From positions 1,706-65,705 of the forward strand of contig SXRM01000037.1 in assembly GCA_005792545.1 (NCBI GenBank): a stretch of DNA of 64,000 bases, in the 5' to 3' direction. Positions 36,901 through 46,536 of the stretch are shown here, in pieces. Numbering within the stretch: the stretch's first letter is position 1; every line of letters begins with the position of its first letter. The notes beneath the pieces were generated by a model, which did no database searches, was not told where the DNA came from, and saw only the letters and a list, made by a program, of their open reading frames with translations. The position numbers were made by a program, and so were the translations under genes. The stretch comes from Pseudomonadota bacterium (GTDB lineage Bacteria; Myxococcota_A; UBA9042).

Positions 36901-36942
36901 CAAAAACGCCGCGACCCGGCAGCCAAACAACTGCCGGGTCGC
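36901..36942 (-). terminator. intrinsic terminator after ihfA
   Basis: Perfect 12 bp stem GCGACCCGGCAG/CTGCCGGGTCGC (36911-36942) followed on minus strand by GGCGTTTTT. Confidence 0.72.
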
Positions 36943-36966
36943 GATCGCGAACGTTGTGCTCTGCGA

Positions 36967-37248
36967 CTACTTGCCGTTGAGCTGGCTCTTGAGCACCTGC
37001 GACGGCTTGAAGGTCAGCACGCGACGCGCCGAGATCTCGATCGGCTGGCGGGTCTGCGGATTGCGGCCCATGCGCGCTTTCTTCTCGCGAACCACGAAGT
37101 TGCCAAAGCCGGAGATCTTGACTTTCTCCTGCTTGGCCAGCGTGTCCTTGAGGGTGTCAAACACGTGCTCGACCAACTCGGCGGCTTCGCGCTTGGAGTA
37201 TCCGCCCAGCTTGTCATACACAGCTTCGATGATGTCGGCCTTGGTCAT
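36967..37248 (-). CDS. ihfA: integration host factor subunit alpha
   Basis: MTKADII, KISGFGNF, GRNPQT, ISARRVLTFKPSQ; AGGAG RBS. Confidence 0.93.
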   Translation of the reverse strand: MTKADIIEAVYDKLGGYSKREAAELVEHVFDTLKDTLAKQEKVKISGFGNFVVREKKARMGRNPQTRQPIEISARRVLTFKPSQVLKSQLNGK

Positions 37249-37466
37249 GGTCTGGCTCCTGTCCAATCAATGCGGCACTGGTTGCGCCTGGGCCACTGCC
37301 GGAAAATCCGGGCGCGCGGCGTGGTGGCTAGCCCCGCTGGTTGTGCGTCTGCCGGCGATGGCGAGACGCGAGATTCTGCCTCTGGTTCGCGAAGCGCTCG
37401 CACCGTGCGAGCGACCGCCGGGGCGTGGGCCAATGCCCAGGCTGCACCCCGCGCGACGACAACCGG

Positions 37467-37829
37467 CTACTTGCCGGCGGCCGCCTGCTTGATCTGGTTG
37501 AACACCACTTTGAACGCCTCGAGATCGGCAAGTGCCAGATCGGCCAGCGCCTTACGGTCAAGCTGCACGCCGGACTTGTTCAGCCACCCGGCAAACACCG
37601 AGTACTTGCTGCCCAGCGAGCGCACGGCGGCGTTGATGCGCACGATCCACAGCGAGCGGAATTCGCGCTTCTTGCGGCGACGCTCGCGAAACGCCAGCTT
37701 GAGGCCACGGTAGACCTGCTCGCGGGCAGTGCGGAACAGCCGCGAGCGCGCTGCGCGCATGCCCTTGGCCATCTTGAGAACTTTCTTGTGACGGGCGCGG
37801 GTTTTGGTCCCGCCCTTGACGCGTGGCAT
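37467..37829 (-). CDS. rplT: 50S ribosomal protein L20
   Basis: MPRVKGG, RRRKKREFRSLWIVRINAA, LDRKALADLA. Confidence 0.97.
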   Translation of the reverse strand: MPRVKGGTKTRARHKKVLKMAKGMRAARSRLFRTAREQVYRGLKLAFRERRRKKREFRSLWIVRINAAVRSLGSKYSVFAGWLNKSGVQLDRKALADLALADLEAFKVVFNQIKQAAAGK

Positions 37830-38252
37830 GTCGAACTCCATTGCCGCGACGCGCATCTGGTCGGATGCGTGCGTGCGGCCCTATCGCCAACGCCGTCGGT
37901 CGCGTCCAAGCCAGCCTTTGGCCAGGCACGCGCCGGCAGTTGGTGCGCGGCGAAATCCATGAAAATGCGGGCTGACCGGGACACCCCAGCCCACCCCGAC
38001 CATCGGCCACCGGGGGTACGCCCCGGAAGCCTCCCGACCGCGCGCGTGGCCCGATCGGCAATACACCGTGTCCGGCACAACTCAACCCCGTGTTTTCCAC
38101 GGGAAATCGCAGCTTGCGGCGGAGCGCGCCCGCCAGCGGTTGCCGGCGAGGTCGCGGAGTTTACAGCGTTCACGATCCGTTGCCAAGGCCTCCAGCCGGG
38201 CCGTCGCGAAATTCCTCGCGCCGCTGCGGTGGAAAACCTGAGCAACCGGCCG

Positions 38253-38450
38253 CTAGCCGTACGGCATCTGCTCGTGAACCATCCGCTGCAAACCGGCGGG
38301 CACCACGCCCGGCTCGCGCATCTGGCGCTTGCGCTTGGTGGTCTTGCTGCTCAGCAAGTGGCGCTTACCGGCCTTGCCGCACTTGATGCGGCCGTTGGCC
38401 ATGATCTTGAAGCGCTTGGCGGCGGCGCGGCGCGTCTTCTGCTTTGGCAT
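38253..38450 (-). CDS. rpmI: 50S ribosomal protein L35
   Basis: [15 protein letters not shown]...GKRHLL..KTTKRKR. Confidence 0.96.
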   Translation of the reverse strand: MPKQKTRRAAAKRFKIMANGRIKCGKAGKRHLLSSKTTKRKRQMREPGVVPAGLQRMVHEQMPYG

Positions 38451-38624
38451 GTCGTCTCCTGGTCATGCGCCCCCATTGAGGGCGCGGGCTGGGGGCGGCC
38501 TACGCGGTCGCGCCCGTCGGGGCAAGCGGCGAATGCCGCCCATCTTGGTTGTCCGTGTTGAGCAAACCGGGCGACCGAGCGGGCGCCCACCTCATCGGCG
38601 CCGCAACCGCAACGCCTGGAAAAG

Positions 38625-39296
38625 CTACGAGACCTGGCCGCCCGAGCGCCGCGTCGTGACCGTGGGCCCCGTCGGCACAATGGGCGCTGGCGCCGCCGGG
38701 GTCTGCGCGGGCGCAGGCGCCTCCGCCGGCTTGATCGGCGCACCGCCGCGCCTGGGGTTGAGCATCATCGACATGTTGCGGCCCTCGACCTTGGGCAGCA
38801 CGTCGACCGCCGACACGTCGGCCAGCGCAGTCGCGATTTCCATCAGCCGCTCTTGCTGCGTACGGGCGTAAGCGATCTCGCGACCGCGGAACATCACCGT
38901 CACCTTGACGCGATCGCCGTCCTGCAGGAAACGGCGAGCCTGGTTCATCTTGGTCTGGAAGTCGTGATCATCGGTCTTGGGCCGGAATTTGACCTCTTTG
39001 ACTTCGATATGCGTCGAGGTTCGCTTGGCTTCGCCCGCTTTCTTCTTCTGCAAGTACTTGAACTTGCCGTAGGCCATGAGCTTGCAAACCGGCGGCCGGG
39101 CGGCAGCGGCACCCTCGACGAGATCGACGCCGGCCTCGTGCGCCATGCGCATGGCTTCTTCGATGGGCACGACCCCCAGCTGGTCGCCGTCAACGCCGAC
39201 GAGGCGCACCTCTGGTACGCGAATGCGGTGATTGACGCGCGGTTCACGCGCGCGAGCGTCTTCTTGCTGCCTCGAGGGGATGCTTGGTGCGACCAT
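38625..39296 (-). CDS. infC: translation initiation factor IF-3 with Pro/Ala-rich C-terminal extension
   Basis: RVNHRIRVPEVRLV, PPVCKLMAYGKFKY, KEVKFRPKTDDHD, FRGRE; start codon uncertain. Confidence 0.95.
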   Translation of the reverse strand: MVAPSIPSRQQEDARAREPRVNHRIRVPEVRLVGVDGDQLGVVPIEEAMRMAHEAGVDLVEGAAAARPPVCKLMAYGKFKYLQKKKAGEAKRTSTHIEVKEVKFRPKTDDHDFQTKMNQARRFLQDGDRVKVTVMFRGREIAYARTQQERLMEIATALADVSAVDVLPKVEGRNMSMMLNPRRGGAPIKPAEAPAPAQTPAAPAPIVPTGPTVTTRRSGGQVS

Positions 39297-39602
39297 TCGG
39301 GGTGAATTTCCTCCATTGTGTGCGGTCAGCCGCGTCGGACACCGAGGCGTCTTCCGAGCCGGACTGCGGAGCACGCCAACCGGCGATCGCTCTTACAGTT
39401 CAAGCTGTTCCGGAGTTCGCCGTCCGCTGTGGCGCTGCCGCCGGCGCTTTTTGCGCCGTTCTACCAACTCGACCCACGCGTTGGCGGCGCGGATTGTGCA
39501 GCAAAACCGTGGACTGTTCAAGGGCGACGTGCGACTGCCGGCGAGTCGGTGCGGCTCCGAGCTTTCGGCGAGCAATACCGGCTTCGGTCTGCAGCAGGGG
39601 GG

Positions 39603-39630
39603 TTGACGGCCTCGAACCGGTCTTTATACT
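39603..39630 (+). promoter_or_regulatory. sigma70 promoter upstream of tRNA-Ala
   Basis: TTGACG-N16-TATACT. Confidence 0.7.
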
Positions 39631-39755
39631 AGTGCGCCCACGGACGGCCTGCGCGGCCTGTCCTCGCCGTTTGCGCAGCCCGAATTCGCAGCGCTCGCCC
39701 TCGCCAGGCGGCCGCAGTGACCGAAATCAGGCCATGCAAAGCGGTCAACTAGTAC

Positions 39756-39828
39756 GGGGGTGTAGCTCAGCTGGGAGAGTACCTGAATGGCATTCAGGGG
39801 GTCACGGGTTCGATCCCCGTCATCTCCA
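39756..39828 (+). tRNA. tRNA-Ala(GGC)
   Basis: Cloverleaf; G3:U70 alanine identity pair; anticodon arm CCTGA-ATGGCAT-TCAGG (A32/U38); TTCGATCC T-loop; 3' end ACCC (no encoded CCA). Confidence 0.97.
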
Positions 39829-39906
39829 CCCGTCGCGATCGCCAGAATCAGTAGACCAGGTCGCGTGTTTCGCGGCCGTGTCGACCGTGCGATGCCGAAA
39901 GACGCA

Positions 39907-39944
39907 AAGGGCCTGACCTCAACGGTCGGGCCCTTGGTGTTTTT
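39907..39944 (+). terminator. probable intrinsic terminator after tRNA-Ala
   Basis: AAGGGCCTGACC/GGTCGGGCCCTT stem followed by GGTGTTTTT. Confidence 0.6.
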
Positions 39945-40092
39945 GGCCCGAACAGCGTGGGCCTGGGCGTCGCAGGCGCTCGGCGTTTTTTGCCTGTGTC
40001 TTTGCGTTTTTATCGCGGTTCGGTGAACACTGGCCCGCCGCCGCGGATGGTGTCGACGGCGCAGCGCTTCCGCCCCGCAGGGACCAACACCC

Positions 40093-41394
40093 GTGTCGAT
40101 TGCCGCCCCCTCGCATGCCGCGCCCGGGCCCAACGCCGACCTGTCGCCACAACAGCGCCAGTGGCGCCACCGGGTGTTCGCGGCCACCTGGCTGTCGTAC
40201 GTCGGCTTCTATTTTTGCCGCAAGCCGTTCTCGATCGCCAAGGCCGATCTCGGCAAGGCCAATGGCTTCGACGCCGACCTGCTGGGCCAGATCGGGGCCG
40301 CGTACCTCATCGCCTACACGCTGGGCCAGTTCGTTTCGGGTGGCATCGGCCCGCGGATTGGTCCGCGGCGGATGCTACTAAGCGGCATGGCGATTTCGGC
40401 GGCGACCGCGCTGGCCTTTGGCGCAATCTCGGGCGCATTGACGTTTGCCGTGGTTATGGTCGTCAACGGCCTGGCCCAGGCGACCGGGTGGTCGAACAAC
40501 CTGGGGGTCATGGCGCAGTGGTTCCGCCGGCAAGAGCGCGGGCGCGTCATGGGCCTGTGGTCGACCAATTTCCAGGTCGGCGGCGTTGCGGCCAATGCCC
40601 TCGCGGCGTTTGCGCTGGCCCACTTCGGGTTGGCCTGGAGCTTCTGGTCGGGGGCGCTGGCGCTGTCTGCCGTCATCGCAGTGTTCTGGTTCCATCAGGC
40701 GAACCAACCGCAAGACGTCGGCCTGCCGGCGATCGTGTCGGACGAAGCTCCGGCTGCAGGTCCCGGCGCGGATGCGGGCGAAGTGCGCTGGGATCGCAGC
40801 ACGTGGATCAGCGTGTTTCTGGTCGGCGGCGCGTATTTCGGCATGAAGTTCATTCGCTACGCGCTGTGGTCGTGGGCGCCGTACGTGCTCGGCAACAACT
40901 TCAAACTGGCGGGCGACGACGCGGGTTACGTGTCCACGGTGTTCGACTTGTGCGGCATTGCGGGGGTCATCGCGACCGGTTACCTGTCCGATCGGCTGTT
41001 TGGCGGGCGGCGCGCCTTCATCAGCTTTTTGATGCTGCTGGGACTGGTCGGCGCCACGGCGCTTTTGTTCACGGTCGGCGCACAGAGTGTGACTGCGTTC
41101 GCGCTCTGCATTGGCCTTGTCGGCTTCGCGCTGTTCGGGCCCGACGCGTTGCTGACTGGCGCGGGCGCGATGGACATCGGCAAGGGCCGCGGAGCTGTGC
41201 GGGCGGCCGGCATCATCTCGGGCTTGGGATCCGCAGGTTCGGTCGTGCAAGAACTGGTCATCGGCAAGTCGTACGCCGCAACTGGCGGTGCGATTGGGCC
41301 GATCCTGTTGATGCTGCTGGGGTCCGCGGCGTTCGCTGCTGTGTGCGTGGCGGTAATCCTGGTGCGCAACCGCCAGGGCGCGAGCGACGTGTAG
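40093..41394 (+). CDS. MFS transporter, organophosphate:Pi antiporter (GlpT/UhpT-like)
   Basis: YFCRKPFS, WFRRQERGRVMGLWST, GYLSDRLFGGRR; 12 TM. Confidence 0.88.
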   Translation: MSIAAPSHAAPGPNADLSPQQRQWRHRVFAATWLSYVGFYFCRKPFSIAKADLGKANGFDADLLGQIGAAYLIAYTLGQFVSGGIGPRIGPRRMLLSGMAISAATALAFGAISGALTFAVVMVVNGLAQATGWSNNLGVMAQWFRRQERGRVMGLWSTNFQVGGVAANALAAFALAHFGLAWSFWSGALALSAVIAVFWFHQANQPQDVGLPAIVSDEAPAAGPGADAGEVRWDRSTWISVFLVGGAYFGMKFIRYALWSWAPYVLGNNFKLAGDDAGYVSTVFDLCGIAGVIATGYLSDRLFGGRRAFISFLMLLGLVGATALLFTVGAQSVTAFALCIGLVGFALFGPDALLTGAGAMDIGKGRGAVRAAGIISGLGSAGSVVQELVIGKSYAATGGAIGPILLMLLGSAAFAAVCVAVILVRNRQGASDV

Positions 41395-41420
41395 CCGCGA
41401 CGGCCTGCCCCTCCTATAAT
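41392..41420 (+). promoter_or_regulatory. candidate sigma70 promoter
   Basis: TAGCCG-N17-TATAAT, 44 nt upstream of ATG 41465. Confidence 0.45.
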
Positions 41421-41464
41421 TGGCGGCCCCCAAACGCCTTGCGGGCCGGGACTGGATTGAACCT

Positions 41465-42190
41465 ATGGGATTTTTGGACTTTCTTACCGGCGGCGGCGAT
41501 CCGCAAAAGCAGATCGACAAGCTCAAGCGCATTCTGATGGATCAATACCGTCAGCGCGAGCAGCGGCTGGAGGCCATCGACGACCTGGTGCGCATGGGCA
41601 CGCCGGCCGCGCTGGCTGCGCTGCTCGAACGTTTTACGCTGCGCGTCAGTGGTCCGACGGTCGACGAGCAAGAGAAGCAGTACACCTACGAAAAGATTGC
41701 ACTTTGGGGTCCGTCGGCCGTCGAACCGTTGCAGCAGTTCATCTTCACCAAAGACGCCGTGTACTTTCCGCTGCGCGCGCTGCGCGACCTCGCAGGCGAC
41801 GAGGTTGCCGTCGATACCCTGCTCAAGGCCATCGCCGACTGCGATCCGGGTTACCATCAGGGCCTGGATCGCTTGCGCGAAATCGTCAGCAACCTGCGCG
41901 ATTTTCGCCACGACCGCGTGCGCGCTGCGCTGGTGGGCCTGCTGCAGTCGCGCTCGAATGAAATTCGCTTCTACGCGCTGGACGGGCTGAGCGGCTACCC
42001 GGCCGAAGAGATCGCCGAACAATTCGCAAGTCGCATGATCGACCCCGCGGAAAGTCAGCGCGTCAAGGCGCTTGCGTACGAACTGGCGGTGGAGCATCGT
42101 TTGCCTCTGGCAGCCTGGGCGGAGGCGCTGACGCCGGCACTGCCGCCGAGCTACAGCCTGGATGGCGACGGCTACCTGGCGCGCGCCTAG
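41465..42190 (+). CDS. HEAT-repeat protein
   Basis: Helical repeats (EQRLEAIDDL, VRAALVGLLQSRSNEIRFYALDGL). Confidence 0.7.
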   Translation: MGFLDFLTGGGDPQKQIDKLKRILMDQYRQREQRLEAIDDLVRMGTPAALAALLERFTLRVSGPTVDEQEKQYTYEKIALWGPSAVEPLQQFIFTKDAVYFPLRALRDLAGDEVAVDTLLKAIADCDPGYHQGLDRLREIVSNLRDFRHDRVRAALVGLLQSRSNEIRFYALDGLSGYPAEEIAEQFASRMIDPAESQRVKALAYELAVEHRLPLAAWAEALTPALPPSYSLDGDGYLARA

Positions 42191-42358
42191 CGCGATCGCA
42201 GCCGATGCTGCGTTTATGGCGTGGCGCCGCGCCCAGCGCCGGCTGAGGGCGCGCGGCTGGTGCCGCTGACCGATTCGAGCCTGCGCAGTGAGGCTGACCG
42301 ACCGCGTCTGACTGCTACTCTCTCACTCATCGTTTCCCCACTTTTTTGCGGAGCCAAC

Positions 42359-42832
42359 ATGCCGACCATCCCGATCACGCCTGCGGGCCTCGCCAAGCTG
42401 CACACGCAGCTCAAGCGGCTGCGCGAAGTCGAGCGGCCGCAGAACGTGCGCGATATTGAAGAGGCGCGCGCCCACGGCGACCTGCGCGAGAACGCGGAGT
42501 ACCACGCAGCCAAGGAACGTCAGGGCCACATTGCCGGCCAGATGCAGTTCTTGGAGTCGGTGATCGCAGACGCTGAAGTCATCGACCCCAAGAAGCTCTC
42601 GGGCACGCGCGTGACTTTCGGCGCGACGGTGACGGTCACCGATGTTGAGACGGAGGAAACCAACCGCTTTCAGATCGTCGGCGAGCATGAGGCCGAGTTG
42701 TCGGCCGGCCAGATTTCGATCAAGGCGCCCACCGCGCGCGGCTTGCTTGGCAAGGAAGAGGGCGATGAGGTCGCCATAACCACGCCACGCGGCAAGCGCG
42801 TGCTGAGCATCGACAAGGTGGAGTGGCTGTGA
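42359..42832 (+). CDS. greA: transcription elongation factor GreA
   Basis: AHGDLRENAEYHAAKE, VTFGATV, ISIKAPTARGLLGK. Confidence 0.95.
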   Translation: MPTIPITPAGLAKLHTQLKRLREVERPQNVRDIEEARAHGDLRENAEYHAAKERQGHIAGQMQFLESVIADAEVIDPKKLSGTRVTFGATVTVTDVETEETNRFQIVGEHEAELSAGQISIKAPTARGLLGKEEGDEVAITTPRGKRVLSIDKVEWL

Positions 42833-43275
42833 AGTCGGTGCTCGACCTGCCCACCGAACCGATCGCTGACGCCGACGCCCTGCACCGGCTCGGGCGCTAC
42901 GTGGCGCGGCAGTTGGGAGCGGGTGACGTGCTGGCGCTGGTGGGCGATCTGGGCACGGGCAAGACGACATTTGTGCGCGGACTGGCCGAGGGCCTGGGCT
43001 TGGATCCAGAGGCGGTGTCGAGCCCGACGTTTGCGCTGGCGCAACAGTACCGCGGCGGCGATGTGTCATTGGTGCATGCCGACCTGTACCGCATTGGCTC
43101 GGATGCGGAAGCCGAAGCCGCGGGCCTCTCGGATCTGCTGCACGACCCAGAAGCAGTCGTGGCGGTCGAGTGGCCCCTGAACGCCAAGGGGCTGATGCCG
43201 CGCCATGCGCTTTGGCTGCACTTCGCGATCGTGGCTGCGGGCCGGGCTGTGGTGCAGGTATTGCCTCCGGCCTGA
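42829..43275 (+). CDS. tsaE: tRNA threonylcarbamoyladenosine biosynthesis ATPase TsaE
   Basis: GDLGTGKTT, VSSPTF, HADLYRI, VEWP; GTGA overlap with greA. Confidence 0.93.
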   Translation: MKSVLDLPTEPIADADALHRLGRYVARQLGAGDVLALVGDLGTGKTTFVRGLAEGLGLDPEAVSSPTFALAQQYRGGDVSLVHADLYRIGSDAEAEAAGLSDLLHDPEAVVAVEWPLNAKGLMPRHALWLHFAIVAAGRAVVQVLPPA

Positions 43276-43377
43276 TCGCCGCGTCATCGCAACCCGGTGT
43301 TTTCTTGAAAGCGCGACCGCCCGGCGTACGCTTGGCCGCGCCGCGCGATTGTGCGCGGCGGTTCGGTCGTCGCCACT

Positions 43378-44211
43378 ATGTGCACGCTTCGTCCCTATTT
43401 GGCCCTGGTCCTGGTCGCCCTGTTTGCGGTGCCCGCCATTGGCAGCGAACCGCCGGCGCACGAGGGCCGCGAGTCGCACGCGTGCCCGCTGGACGGGACC
43501 GCCACGTTCCCGATTGGCAGTGACGGCAAGACCTCGCCCAAGCTCTACACCGACCTGGAGATCCCGACCCAAGCCTACACCAACCTCGTCGTCGCCTGTC
43601 CCAAGTGTGGCTACGCCTCGTGGACAAGCGACTTCTCGCGCCCCGTCGATGCGGCAACTGAGGGCTGGGTCAAGGCCAACCTGGCCACCACGGCGCGCCG
43701 AGCCGCCGAGGATCCGGCCTGGGCTTACCGCCACCACGTGCAGCTGCTCAACCGCCGCAACGCACCCTTGCGCGAGCGGATCGGCGCGCTGGTGTTCCAG
43801 TCCTACGTGCTCAAGCGCCGGCGCCCGCGCGGCGGCAGCGATCCCAACGTCGAACGCGAAATCGCCACTGTGCGTCGCGACATCACCACCTTGCTGGCCC
43901 AGGGTCTGCGCGAAGACCCACCCAAAGCGGCGCGCACGCGGCTGGAGTGGGCGTATCTGCTGGGCGAACTGACGCGGCTGGTCGGCGAACCGGCGAACGC
44001 CAAGCCTCTGTTGGCCGATGTCTGCGCGCAGAAGGACACCCTTGGCCTTACGCTGGGCAAGATGGCGTGCGATCAAGCCGATAAGGCCGCGCACAAGGAT
44101 ACCTTTGAAGAGTACCGCGACGGCCTGATCAACCCTGCGGCTGCAATCGCGTACAAGCCCGCAGAACCACCGGCCGCGCCTACGGATTCGGCGCCGACGC
44201 CGCCCAAATAG
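43378..44211 (+). CDS. DUF2225-like protein with signal peptide
   Basis: CPLDG...CPKCGYA N-terminal motif, TPR-like YLLGELTRLVG; hydrophobic N-terminus ending AIG. Confidence 0.6.
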   Translation: MCTLRPYLALVLVALFAVPAIGSEPPAHEGRESHACPLDGTATFPIGSDGKTSPKLYTDLEIPTQAYTNLVVACPKCGYASWTSDFSRPVDAATEGWVKANLATTARRAAEDPAWAYRHHVQLLNRRNAPLRERIGALVFQSYVLKRRRPRGGSDPNVEREIATVRRDITTLLAQGLREDPPKAARTRLEWAYLLGELTRLVGEPANAKPLLADVCAQKDTLGLTLGKMACDQADKAAHKDTFEEYRDGLINPAAAIAYKPAEPPAAPTDSAPTPPK

Positions 44212-44232
44212 GCGGACGGTATCGCGGCGCAG

Positions 44233-44817
44233 CTAAAAACTGGCGCCCAACTGCACGTTCAAGAACGGCTCTGCTGAGCCATCGGTGGTTGCCTGGCTGC
44301 TCGACTGCAGCAGCCAGCCGTAGCCGGCTTGGACCAGGCCGGTCAGGCCGAGTTGCGCGGTCAGCGGCCAACTGATTTTGTAGCCACCAAAGACACCAAG
44401 CGATGTGCTGGTCTTGGGTGCGGCCGCGGACACCGTGCCGGTCGTGGTGGCGAATTCCTTGCGGGCATACAGCACCTCGACGCCGCCGTGAAAGCCGTCG
44501 TCAAAGTTGCCACTGAAGTAGTACGACCCTTGCGCGCCGGCCAGGATCAGGTTGCTGGTGGTGGTGGCGCTGCCAAAACCGGTGTTGGCGGTCTCAGTGC
44601 GCTTGCCGCCGCCGCCGATTGCGGCAATGCCGATCATGGGCAGAACCCGAAATTCGGCGGTCGCCTCGAAAATCGGCTCCAACAGATGCAACGGGTTGAA
44701 CGTCACGGTAGCGCGGTAGCGCGATGGGCCACCCTCGCTGGACTGCGCCATGGCTGGCACGCCGGCGGCAGTAGTGGCTGCAACGACAACGGAAATGATC
44801 AACGAACGTGCGGTCAT
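44233..44817 (-). CDS. small outer-membrane beta-barrel (DUF3575-like)
   Basis: Signal peptide; alternating strands; terminal VQLGASF. Confidence 0.65.
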   Translation of the reverse strand: MTARSLIISVVVAATTAAGVPAMAQSSEGGPSRYRATVTFNPLHLLEPIFEATAEFRVLPMIGIAAIGGGGKRTETANTGFGSATTTSNLILAGAQGSYYFSGNFDDGFHGGVEVLYARKEFATTTGTVSAAAPKTSTSLGVFGGYKISWPLTAQLGLTGLVQAGYGWLLQSSSQATTDGSAEPFLNVQLGASF

Positions 44818-44988
44818 GGTGTGCTCGCAAGCGCCGACGGGGCACGCACACGCTGGCGCGGCGGCGCGGCGCTGTCAAGGTGGCCATGGGGCGACGACCG
44901 GCGAAACGACGTGAGATCTGGCGATTCCGCCGAAAACGGGTAGTCTTGCCGCGGGGGGTGTAGCGGGCCAATGCCACACGGCGGCAGG

Positions 44989-46536
44989 ATGATTGCAAAT
45001 GTGGCCGGAGCTGTCGCCGAGACCTTGGCCCAGGTCGCGCCGCGCACGCGCTCGACGCCAACCGCGGTCGTCGCCAACGCCGGTGCGCCACAGCCTGGCC
45101 TGCGCGTCGCCGTCCACGACCGTTCGCGCCTGGAGTGGGTTGCAACCGTCCCCATCGCGCCAGCGGGCGACGACCACACCTGGGACATCACCTTCGACAT
45201 CACGGTGCCCGACGCCATCTGGCTGGCACACCACCCGTGGGACCACTTCACGGTGCGCTCGCGACTGATGAGTCCAGTGCTACTGCCCGGCCACCGCCAG
45301 GTCGGGTTGCCGGTCGAGCAGTTGCGTCGTCAGGCGCTGGCTGCTGCGCATGAGCTCAAGCTGGCGACCGAAGCCGTCGGTGGCCGCCTGCTGGCCATTC
45401 GCAAGCGCGACCGGCTCATCGACGACCGCGAGGCCGATGAACTGGTTGCGGGAATCGAACGCGCCAACGGCGGCGCTCTGCGCGCACGCGAAAGCCTCGA
45501 TCAGCTTCGGCTGCACGCCGACGAAGCGCTGTTGCGCGAGTTGGGTCTGGCGGACGAGTTTATCTCGAACCAGTTGCTGATGCTGGTCACCAAGGTCGTG
45601 CGCACGCTTGGGCCACTGCGCGCGCGCTCTGGTCGTATTGACCCTGCGCTGGTGGGCGCTGGCGCCGACCGCGTGCAGGCGACCATCCACGCCGCCATGG
45701 CTCGCGAAATCGCCCATCGCAAGCGCCAAGGCATGCGGTTCGCCGATCCGCGCAAGCCGTTGGACATCGAGGGCTTCGTGCAGCGCGGCGCACTGCTAAA
45801 GAAGCACTTCCAGCAGGCCCTGTTCTTGGAAGCGCGCGCCTACATGCTCGACCAGCGGCTGCGCAATTGGATTGCCGCGGCGATGGCGATGGTAGCGTCG
45901 GTGTTCTACTTCGTGGGCCAGATCTGGCTGTTCAGCAACGCGACGGCGGCCAGCACTACGTTTTCATTGCTCGCGGCCTGCGGAATTGGCGCTTTGGTAT
46001 ACGCCGCCAAGGACCGCATCAAGGAACTCGGGCGCGACTGGCTGGCCCGCCGGGTCAAGCACGGCTACGCCGACCGCGTCGCCCACCTGAGCCTGCAAGG
46101 GCGAATGGACCCGAACCACAGCGACTTTGCGCTCGCTCGCGAGACGATCACGCTAACGCGCAAGATGGAACCGGACCCGCTGAATGCGGCACTCGGCAAC
46201 ACCAGCGTCGTGCATCACCTGACGATCAAAGAGCGGCTCAAGCACGACGGGCTGCCGATCCTGCACCAGCAAGGGCTAGTAGGCCTTAAGCACGTGTTTC
46301 GCTACGATTTTTCTCCGCTGCTGGTCAAGCTGGACGACCAACGCAAGCGTGTGCCGGTGCTGGCCAGGCAGCGCGTGACCTTGCGCACCGCGACCCGTGT
46401 CTATGGCCTGCCGGTGACGGTGCGCCTGCACAAAGTCGGCACCGACTTCGCCATCACCCATCGCGGTCACCTGCGCGTGCGGCGCGACGGCCTGGAGCGG
46501 GTGGTGCTGCAAGCCGAAAAGGACGCGCCCGCGTGA
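44989..46536 (+). CDS. hypothetical membrane protein (two central TM helices)
   Basis: Long ORF with host-like codon usage; two hydrophobic segments (IAAAMAMVASVFYF, LLAACGIGALVY). Confidence 0.75.
   Translation: MIANVAGAVAETLAQVAPRTRSTPTAVVANAGAPQPGLRVAVHDRSRLEWVATVPIAPAGDDHTWDITFDITVPDAIWLAHHPWDHFTVRSRLMSPVLLPGHRQVGLPVEQLRRQALAAAHELKLATEAVGGRLLAIRKRDRLIDDREADELVAGIERANGGALRARESLDQLRLHADEALLRELGLADEFISNQLLMLVTKVVRTLGPLRARSGRIDPALVGAGADRVQATIHAAMAREIAHRKRQGMRFADPRKPLDIEGFVQRGALLKKHFQQALFLEARAYMLDQRLRNWIAAAMAMVASVFYFVGQIWLFSNATAASTTFSLLAACGIGALVYAAKDRIKELGRDWLARRVKHGYADRVAHLSLQGRMDPNHSDFALARETITLTRKMEPDPLNAALGNTSVVHHLTIKERLKHDGLPILHQQGLVGLKHVFRYDFSPLLVKLDDQRKRVPVLARQRVTLRTATRVYGLPVTVRLHKVGTDFAITHRGHLRVRRDGLERVVLQAEKDAPA

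Noticed and set aside
39290-39320. Non-AUG autoregulatory start of infC
   Set aside because: The ATT after GGAGG is out of frame and only 2 nt away; an in-frame ATG exists 13 nt from the RBS; cannot be decided from sequence
39756-39950. tRNA-Ala as a prophage or island attachment site
   Set aside because: No integrase and no duplicate of the tRNA 3' end in the window; flanking genes look host-like
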